Under the pieces are notes generated by a model. The model had not been told where the DNA came from and searched no databases. It worked only from the letters and a program-made list of their open reading frames with translations. The position numbers were made by a program, and so were the translations under genes. 47,711 nt of DNA from Rotaria socialis (Eukaryota), in NCBI GenBank assembly GCA_905331295.1, contig CAJNYD010000022.1, positions 1 to 47,711 on the forward strand, given 5' to 3'. Shown here in pieces: positions 38,659 to 47,711 of the stretch. Every line of letters starts with the position of its first letter. Positions within the stretch are counted from its first letter, which is position 1.

Positions 38659-39457
38659 TACCTATGAGCTTCACATTTCAGCTCGAATACAGCTATACTG
38701 ATAAGTTTTTTCTTCAATTTGAAATCGCAATTGATTATTTTGATGGAGACGCAATATTTATGAGTCTTTGGCATTGATTTATATCAACTCTCCCTTGTTT
38801 AGTGGTGAACAATAATTAGAATTCACAGTTGATGTCTGTTGGTTTTATGGCAGAAAATAGTTCTGTTTATTTTCACCAATATCCCAATTTTTCTAACAAC
38901 TATAAACTCGAGACCCTAGTATCTTTACTATGTTGATTGCAATTATCATCGAATAAAGTCGACACGCTCCATTCAGTAGTATACAATCTGGAGGGGCTGT
39001 TTTTATTCTACAAGAACAATAACTGATATTCTTCAAAATAATCTTTCTATCTCGATGGAGATGAGAAGATTAGTCATATCGCAGTCATATAGCATGGATA
39101 CGAAAGGAATGGGCAAATAGATTCAATGGTACAGTCAAGATGATAATTGATGCGTGACTTGTAAACATTCAAAAACGAATAGTAGGGTCACTTTATTTTT
39201 ATTTGAAAACGAAAAACATACCTGTTCCACGTAGATTTACGGTAAAAAAGTGGAATGTAAGACTTACCAGATAATAAGACTGTCTGTAGTTGCACAAAAG
39301 CAATTACATAAAACCATATGTAGATTGGTGTTGCCATTTCTGTAAACGTCAAACGAATTGAAATGAGAGAGAATGCAGATGTAGATAAAATGCGGCTCAA
39401 TTTATAGGCGAGCTTGTTTTTCGTTATCAAGGCCAAAACAGTAAGTGCACTCTCTCA

Positions 39458-40272
39458 TGTAACAATTAATATGTCACAGCTGCATTTAATCATTAAAAGG
39501 AATAATAGATAATGTCTTTTTTTCTATTCACATAAAATTAATATTTCGCCTTCGCCTTTCTTTTTAATAAAGCACTTCAAAAAGTATATTGGCAATTATT
39601 TCTTTCATTAGTGGAAAATGTTATTATTTCTTAATCGAAAATCATTTGTATCCGACTGTTACAGTCATATGTTATTATTCCTTGGGGCATTGCGCTCTTA
39701 TCGATATTTGTTTATTCAACTCGCATTCCTTGATGCTTTATTTCTCTTATATATATATATATATCCTCTCTTCTCTCGCTTAAACAATGAATTAATTCTT
39801 AATTAAAAGAACATCAAGAAGGCACAGGGATACTCTAATATTTGGTGCCGTGACTCGTCTTCACTTGATTCTATTTCACACGATTGTCCAGTTCGTTTCA
39901 TCCAATACTTTGTCGCACAATCGTTCATCGTTTTAGCATTTTTTATTTTGGTCATTTCTTTAACAAACGACTTCTCATCGTCACAATAGAAATTTGCGAA
40001 GTAATACCAACCCTGGTGACTTACTACCACACGATATAATCACATACGGGCGTATCCAGCCTCACGTTGATTCGATTAATCCAACTACTTCACGTATCAC
40101 TTCATCACCATAAATGGAATCAAATTCTTTTGTAAACCTCAATCAAAGTACTGCTCTCCAAGAATTACCAAAATTTACACGTGATCCTCAACAAAAAGTT
40201 ACCCAATTTATTGATGAATTCGAACGCATCGGAACATTCACTGAACTGAATGAATCGCTACTTCATTCAATT
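39458..40272 (+). mobile_element. 5' remnant of an LTR retrotransposon (LTR, PBS, gag start)
   Basis: TGGTGCCGTGACTCG at 39843-39857 is complementary to the eukaryotic tRNA-His 3' end. The ORF at 40114 reads ALQELPKFTRDPQQKVTQFIDEFE (Gag-like) and breaks at ~40272. The LTR start (TGTAACA at 39458) is tentative. Confidence 0.7.
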
Positions 40273-40343
40273 GAAATATTTGCTTTCTATTTTGTATGTT
40301 TGTAACGGAATAATCGATTTTCTTTGTGTTTAAGTGAGAATAT

Positions 40344-43300
40344 TTATACATTTTGATAAGGATATTCTTGCGATTTAGGTATATGTCTGCGCGGAGATGA
40401 GAAAGGTGATGTTGGTTTGTCGATTTGTTCGATTCTATTTTTCTTTTTTGCTTGTGGAGCTAGTTGGGATGTAGTTATTTCTGTTTTTTCCATATCATTT
40501 GTTGAGAAAGATTGAGTTGCTTGCGTCTCTATGCGTTGTTGTGATCTAACGCTATTTACTGATGGTGGTAATCGAAAATCATAGCTTGCAATTGGTGTAG
40601 TAGTCGTCTGAATGAGATTACGTGATGGTACAGGCGGGGGAGACTTGCGAATGAGAACATCTTCTCGACGAGGAAAAGCATCCATACTGCCATCATCTTC
40701 TGTTTCAGTTGTTGAAACAGTTATTTCAGGTTTGAGTGATGCTCGATAAGCCATAAGCGAAACATTATATTTAGCTAGTTTAGTACAAAAAATGGTCGAT
40801 GTTTCTACATCCCATTTTTGATCAATCAATACTTTAGAAAAGTATGTTGTAGCTCAGTGAGCACCAGGATTTTTTTCTTTTGTTAATAGTCCTAAATACA
40901 TAATAATATGTTTCTCTGATGCATATGAGTGTATATAAATAAGTTGAAAGTACTGTTCATCGATATGTTGATGCAAACATAAAGGAATGTATGCCATAGT
41001 GACTCAAACATTATTTCATTGTTGTTAGAAGTTAATACCGTTCAGTGAGTGACAAAATTAATATACCACTTGACGTTTCATTTTTTTTCCTCCTTCTCTC
41101 TGTTTTCATGGCTCATTGTCTTGCGTTTTCTCCTAGTTATGTGCTTATTTATTTTCTCTTCTATCTTATGCGATCTGTTTTTCTTAATTTGTTTTTCTTG
41201 ACTATCCGACAGCTACTTCATGGCTTCTTTTTGTTATGCATTTGACGAACATCGTGAGGTGTTCGACTTTAAAAAGAAAACAACATGTTCAGACTAATAC
41301 ATAGTTAATAATTGTCATTATCAATAGTATCGGTGTTGCTTTCATCTATATGTGACACATTCAAAGATAAGCACAAGAAAAAATGTACATACCAAGATTT
41401 TCCCTTTGAAGATTAGCAGCTGCTTGATGTAGCGTAGCCGTTTTATATCCTCCACGACTAAGGCATATGTTGATCCATGGTATTTTTGTAGCTCTAGCTA
41501 GTAAAATAACCTTTTCTGGATATTGTTGTTCACTACCATCGTCTGATCGCATTGATACTCTTGATCGTCGAGATTCAGCCAAAACTTCGTGATTTCTCTC
41601 GATTCGTTCTTGTTCATCTCATCTAACGTTTCATACACTGGTCCTGAAAATATGAAATGAAAAAAAATCTTAGTCAATGCAGTACAGAATATATATATAT
41701 ATAAATGGTAGGAAAAATACGGTTGTCTGCTCAATTGAACAACTAATCTGTATATATTAATCAGGTACTTGACACTAGAGAGAGAGAGATTGTCACCAAT
41801 AGGAGGAATGAATGTTAAACAAAATAGAAGAAAATAAGAAGGAGGAGGTGAGAAATGAGAAATAAAAAAAATAGCTCCGTATTTCTGTTTTAACAACACA
41901 ATTAAATTCTGACTTAAAAGCTGCGACAAGTATAAGATGATCAACTCTTATGATTCTAAAGGTTATTAATGAGATTTTAATATTTTTCATTATAGATGAA
42001 GCATATTTCACATCAGAGATAACTTACGACTAGTGTATATCCTTTTTTGAATCACAAAATAATTCATCAGTAGTACAGCTGTCTTTGCTGTGTTTTCAGA
42101 GATCACCATCCATTTTTGTGTCTCTTTGTAACATCTTACTACTCGTTTGAGTAAGTCAAATACAGCCTTACTCTTGCCATAATAACCAGGTAATGAATCA
42201 TCATTTATCAATTGATCAAAAACAGCAGCAGCCAAAGAGACAGCATGTAAAGCACCAGCTATTTTGCTAACTTGCACTTTTGCTTTGCCTAAAATTGATC
42301 CCAAGCCTTGATCAATTCCATATGCTTCTCGAATTTGAAGAGTGTACTCATCAAAAGCGTCATTGATGACCTGTTCAAAAAATGAGAAAATCACAATATT
42401 AAGAGAAGAATCTTGTCTTAACGCTATATCATAATCATTAAGACGCCAATAATCTCTCAACGCTATTTAAATCATCAATATACTCTTTCAGTAACTCATA
42501 TTTTTTATTTCTTTTTCTAGAAATTGGAGATCTAACATGCTGATTCAATGAAAACAGTTACTATCAATAAAAACCAGTATACCTTTTGTGCATCTGCAGA
42601 ATATGAATATATTATACGTTGGTCTTCATCGTCATTACGTCGCCCATCATTTTGTTCTGTGGAGTTAAAACAATGTATAATGTATAGCAGATGATTAAGA
42701 CTCGGTTCATCGATATTGAGTGATCTAATTTCACCAGATAAAGGAATGCAAGGTTCTGGAGCAGAAAACAAAAACCGAGCCATCAAACCATCATCATCGG
42801 ATTCATTAGATACTGACGAAAAAATATCTGCTGGATGTGCTGCTGCAGCAATATTGAGCACAGGATTTTCTACTGTAATATTTCCTGATTTAGTCTGCCG
42901 TTTAACTACAGCAGATGAGTTGTATAGAGTACACATGATTAATCGATCATATGCAGCACCACCTTGTTTATAAAGACCAAATGGTTGCAGAAGAGTAACT
43001 GCCTGATCCCAAACTTGAATGAGTCTCGGACATGTATTTTTTAATTCAGTCAAAAGTGATTCAACAGTAGCACTACAATTGATTCGACTCTCTTCAGTTT
43101 TTATACCTAGATGTTTTTCAATAACAAGAACTGCATTCAAAATTGCTTCTGTTGCACTCGATTTATTCACACTTGGATACCCGATGATTATTGTAAAAAA
43201 CGAGATGTTCGTCGGTGTTCCGGTATTTGTTCGAATTTGACTACCGTTAACGAAATGACCGATAGCAGGAAGCAACATTGTAATAAGATATTCGCGTGGC

Positions 43301-43437
43301 ATTTGACTGCTACAACAAATGTTGTCTATCAGGACACAAATGTTGTTATCGAAAATTGCAGGCACATCCATAGGATACAATGCAGCCTTTTGCATAATGC
43401 TACGTATCTTGTGTGTAGATATTCCTTTTGAAGACAT
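40344..43437 (-). pseudogene. DUF3987/YfjI-like AAA+ ATPase gene, spliced and disrupted
   Basis: Start MSSKGIST at 43437. Walker A IIGYPSVNKS, ATVESL, Walker B QVWDQ, NPVLNIAAAAHP, DDGLMARFLF and GKAK...KIAGALH. Inferred exons ~43437-42583, 42370-42027, 41643-41393 and 40892-40344. Frameshift near 41615 and in-frame TGA near 40855. Confidence 0.7.
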
Positions 43438-43808
43438 AACAAACGAGTTATAGAAGACAAAAAAATGTGTAAAAAGACAGGACAATATGAATATGAACCA
43501 AGGGGGAAATAGCGGACTCCAATCCAGTGGAGTCCAGTGGAGTCCAATGGAGTCCAGTGAAGTCGTTTGAAACTCTGTAGAGCACTTCAAGTATATTATA
43601 GATATATAATACACTTGTATATTGATTTTGCTTCTCATCACCTGTTATATAGAATTAAACAGATACTAGCTCCAATTTTGAGAAGGACGCACAGTATCTG
43701 TGTACCATCCATTCACAACACATTGAGTGAATAAAAAAATTACAGCAAACATAGTATACCCTGTATTGAAAAAAAGTCGAACAAAACTAGAAAAAAAAAC
43801 TTATATTA

Positions 43809-46478
43809 TCATTTATTGATCTGTTGCACGCGAAGTAATCGATCATTTGAAAGTTTACTTTTATCTTCTGTTAACAACCAACATGCAGTTTGTTTGTGTA
43901 AAAATTTTGTATCATGATTTAATTTCACTTTAAAATAAGTATGCTCAATGTGAGGTTGTACTTTATCAGCAACTTTTACTCCAGAGAAGTCTTTCTTTGT
44001 AGTAGTTATTAAATCTCGTGCGTTATTTTGTTCGTCTTCATCAGTGGAATCGTTATTAACAGAGCTATCATCATTGTCCTCATTCATGTTTAGATCATTT
44101 GTTGTTTCATCTTCTTCATTATCATCATCAATTTCAAATACTTCATCGTCCAGATTGCATATTTGCGAAGAGTAATTATGCTTTTTCGAATCGAAATTTA
44201 ATTGTCGAAATAAATATTCACTTAATGGTTTTAATTCAAGAACATCGTTTTTTTCCAATAAGTTCAATATATCTATGCCTTCCAGCATGTCAAGAGCTTG
44301 ATGGTATGCATCAGTAATAACTTGTTCGATGTCTATTTCATCAATTTCGCGTTGACTGTGTGTAAATGATGATTGACGTTCAACACGATGTTTATAATGA
44401 ATCGGAAACACTAAATTATCAACTGAACCATTTTGTAATTGTTTACATTTAATTTCATTCAATAATGATAGCCTTTGAGCACGTCGTAGAAAATCATGTA
44501 CTGTAAAATTGACTATCGTTGAATAAATTCCACTTAGCGCTCGCGTATTTCTAAAAATTGATTCACAAGCTTGCGAGTTAAAAATATGAATATGTAGTGC
44601 TTGTGGTGGTAACTGCTTTTGTTTCACAAGCGAAATCAAATATAATAAATTGTGAGCATTTATTTCAACCGACAAATATGCTGCTTGTGTAATAAAATAT
44701 TTGCTTTTATTTTTTTTTCTGGTTTGTGTTGAATAAAATGTTTTAAATTTAACCCAGGTAAACCATAGCCGACAAAAAAATACTACACACCAAGCAGAGC
44801 GTAGTCCTACAATAAGATCTTATTATCTGTGATTCAGTGTGCATAAGTGCTTACTTTCAACTATTGTCGTTGTTTTTTCAATATAGGCTACTATAATCAT
44901 TTTTAACATTCGAAGATAAAGCAAAGTTCCACGAGTATCATCATCAGCATTTAAAATATTGAATAGATCATTAGATGTTAATTTGAAGCACGAACTAAAG
45001 TTTTGGCGATCTTTAGGGTTAATGTCAGATTTTGTTAGACCATGATCAAGTTTAGAATAAGTATCATTTTCAATAATATCATGCAAATGATTGATCGATA
45101 TTGACTGATTTCCAATATATAATTCTGCTGTTGCTGATAATAAACGATTACGCCATTTGGTTACCAAATGTGTCGGATCTTGAAAAAATAATAATAATTG
45201 TTGTTCACGAAGATAAAACCAAGACCAATGTGATTTTATTTTTATTTGAAATGCTTGTGGGTGCTGGTGAACTTGAAAATTTGGAAGAGCTCCAAGAAAA
45301 CCGCTCATTAAACGCATAGCACGTAGATATTTTGGATCCGCATCTATAAAAGAAAATGAAGTTATTCTTTAATAAAATTTGAAAAAAATTGTCTCACCGG
45401 TAGAAAAACCAATAATCCTTATATTTCTTTGCAAGGATTGATTAAATATATACCACCATCTCTGTAATATATCGTCTGCTGTCGCAGTATTGTCAATTCC
45501 ATATGCTGACAACAGATAAGGACTTGATATGCTGCTATTATCTGTGGATGGCACTGGCTGAATCATATGTACATTCAATAACGATGCGTTATCAATTGAA
45601 TTGAACCATAATTTTAATGTATCAAATGAATCGGTCTGATAATATGATTTAATTGGCACTCCACGATCAAGTAATGAAGGAAATCCAGTAAATGCATTTG
45701 TTGTTGAATCATATTTAATTCTTTTAACTATTCCAGTACAATCTTCAGAGCCGAATGCATAGTGTACATTAAGACTATCAAAATGTTTTTGAAGTTGATC
45801 AAATCGAAATTCTCCTTCACTGATTCTTGAATCTGAACTTGAAATCAATGAATTTAATAAAGATAGATGCGGTAAAGATCCAGGTAAATTTAATCTAATA
45901 AATTCATAGGTCAATTTTCCACCTAAAATGTATAATGCTAAAGCAAAATTCTTAATTGAATTACTATATCGAAAATTATTGCTTGATTTGGCCAAATTAT
46001 CAGTGAGAGTATCAATAAAATGTTTTAAAAAAGTATTGTTATTTTGATCGTCTACATTTTCATTGTCCACTCGTTGATACCAAATAATTAATTTTTTTAA
46101 CAATGGATATTTATTTATAAAATCAAATGATAAACTTGAATAAGAATCTCCATTACTACTTTTTTTAATTTGTTTTTGTTGCTGTTGCTTTAAAAATTCT
46201 AATAAACAATTTAAATTATTTATTAACCCAATCTTTACAATAAATGCTCCATTATCAAGTTGAAAACATGATCTTTCTCTTATCATTAAGAAACTAGGTT
46301 CCGAACAATTCATATTAAATATTTCAAAGATGTTCGGGTTTCGAATAAGAGATTGTGTAGATGTAATTGATTGAAATTTTAGAATCTCCACCATTTGTTG
46401 ACCAACTAATGCTTGAATAAATTCATAAAATTCATTATTCTTTAAAGCAAAAACATTCTCTGCTAATATATCATCCAT
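43809..46478 (-). CDS. P-element/THAP9-like DDE transposase, 3 exons, ~855 aa, apparently intact
   Basis: Exons 46478-45398, 45343-44855 and 44806-43809 (54- and 48-nt GT-AG introns) join in frame (2568 nt). Motifs GSEDCTG, GFST|DADPKY, QDPTHLVTKWRN (P-type DxxH), KDRQN and FNSQACESIFRN. Acidic tract and a C-terminal HKQTACW. Confidence 0.88.
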
Positions 46479-46816
46479 AAGAAAAAAACGATCGATTTTT
46501 TATCTAGAAAACGAAATGTGCTGAAAGATAATAGTTTATAATAAGTTTGAAAAAAAGTTTGATATATTTTTCAAAGCCTTCCAGCTGATAAATGACAGTG
46601 ATGAATCACATATCGGTAATTTGAAGAAAACGTCCATCATTTGAAAAGATGGAATATTACAAACCATTGAAAAATACTAGCTACGCTTGTATAGAGAACA
46701 TCACATTAGAAGCTATTGGTTCATAATATTCATGAATCATTAAACCTTTCTCGCTTATTCTCCCTCTCTGTCTCTCAAGAGAATTTTAATTTTCAAAATT
46801 ATAACTAAATTTAAAT
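46479..46816. promoter_or_regulatory. Probable bidirectional promoter between the transposase and ORF2
   Basis: 338-bp head-to-head spacer, conserved in copy 1 (3419-3754). Confidence 0.55.
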
Positions 46817-47711
46817 ATGTTCCAAACAGAAGCTCTTATTGATACATCAATTTTGCCATCTGATATTATGTCATTACGTGACGTTAAATTTTTTGATTTT
46901 GTTCGAAAAGAAGCTGGTGATGCTGCTGCTGATCTTTTTGAAATTCAAAGTATCAATTGTGTTAAATCTTTGTTGATGACCGCTGATGTTTATTGTATTA
47001 TGAATTTGAAAAGCAACGCTTTACATGATTTTAAAAATAAACATGGTTTTATGCTTGACGATGATACATTCATTATAAAACCTGGTATAAAAGGCAACGT
47101 CGACTATCTTATTGATTTATTAAGACAAAAATGTACTGATGATGCAAAAATAGCAAAATCTTCAAAACGTAATCAATCATCACCACCATTAGATAGAACC
47201 ACAGACACATCCTCAACTATCACAGAATCAACAATGACAGTTTTATCGAGTAATTTATCAAATGTCGTTACAGCAAAATCTTTAAACTTATCACTCGATG
47301 AACATAAAACTTATATAATTGATACGTTCAATAATTGGTGTAAAAATAATGAATCGAGGCTTAATTTGTCAAATTTGTCATTGATTGAAGGTCAACATTA
47401 TTCTATCTCCATATTAAATGATGCAAGTGGTGTATTAAAAGCTAATATAAAATGTTGTTGTAATAAATGGATATCATTAACAAATAATCGTGGTAAATTT
47501 CAACTATCAAACTTTTACAGGCATTTGCAAGATTTTCGTAATGATAATACATGTAATGAAATGAAAAAATTAATAAAAAATGGTAAGTTGATTTCATTAA
47601 TAACAGCACATAATCAACAATCTTTTACATCTTTAGCTACTGCATCAGATCAAGATTCATCAACAGATAATCAACAGTCATTTACATCTTCAGATACTGC
47701 ACCAGATCAAG
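46817..47711 (+). CDS. Partner protein (ORF2) of the P-like element; open to window end
   Basis: Uninterrupted frame MFQTEALIDTSILPSD...KANIKCCCNKWISLTNNRGKFQLSNFYRHLQDFRNDNTC...; absent from the ORF track because no stop lies in the window. Confidence 0.85.
   Translation, partial: MFQTEALIDTSILPSDIMSLRDVKFFDFVRKEAGDAAADLFEIQSINCVKSLLMTADVYCIMNLKSNALHDFKNKHGFMLDDDTFIIKPGIKGNVDYLIDLLRQKCTDDAKIAKSSKRNQSSPPLDRTTDTSSTITESTMTVLSSNLSNVVTAKSLNLSLDEHKTYIIDTFNNWCKNNESRLNLSNLSLIEGQHYSISILNDASGVLKANIKCCCNKWISLTNNRGKFQLSNFYRHLQDFRNDNTCNEMKKLIKNGKLISLITAHNQQSFTSLATASDQDSSTDNQQSFTSSDTAPDQ

Larger units (their letters stand above)
43499..47711. mobile_element. P-element-like two-gene DNA transposon, copy 2 (right end beyond window)
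   Basis: Left terminus CAAGGGGGAAATAGCG followed by 10-bp TGGAGTCCA(G/A) repeats; contains two divergent genes with no visible lesions. Confidence 0.88.

Noticed and set aside
38700..39340. Possible secreted or LRR-like gene remnant starting MATPIYIWFYVIAFVQL on -
   Set aside because: Only the signal-like exon is clear; downstream frames are too disrupted to call.
43438..43641. N-terminal 68 aa of ORF 42532-43641
   Set aside because: Read-through from the P-like element's terminus and repeats. The likely start is the ATG at 43437.

Overview
AT-rich eukaryotic, transposon-dense region with short GT-AG introns and three N-gaps. The gene content (FG-GAP, pentapeptide and NHL repeat genes, TGTGGG tracts) suggests a bdelloid rotifer; this is an inference. 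The window holds two copies of an unusual ~4.8-kb P-element-like DNA transposon, one decayed (~559-5186) and one apparently intact (43499 to window end). It has 16-bp termini CAAGGGGGAAATAGCG and two divergently transcribed genes. One is a spliced ~855-aa DDE transposase without a THAP finger. The other is a partner protein with a C-x-C...H...C zinc-binding motif. Both start with the same ~95-aa domain. A related 230-bp MITE shows an 8-bp TSD. Also present: two decayed FLYWCH-MULE transposons inside a segmental duplication with differential insertions (hAT MITE, Tc3-like element, solo LTR, probable LINE 3' end); an LTR-retrotransposon 5' remnant with a tRNA-His PBS; many MITEs and foldbacks; an intron-containing but disrupted DUF3987-like AAA+ ATPase gene; decayed repeat-domain genes; and a 20-aa-repeat hydrophilic protein gene. 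Family assignments come from motif recognition by eye; no searches were run.
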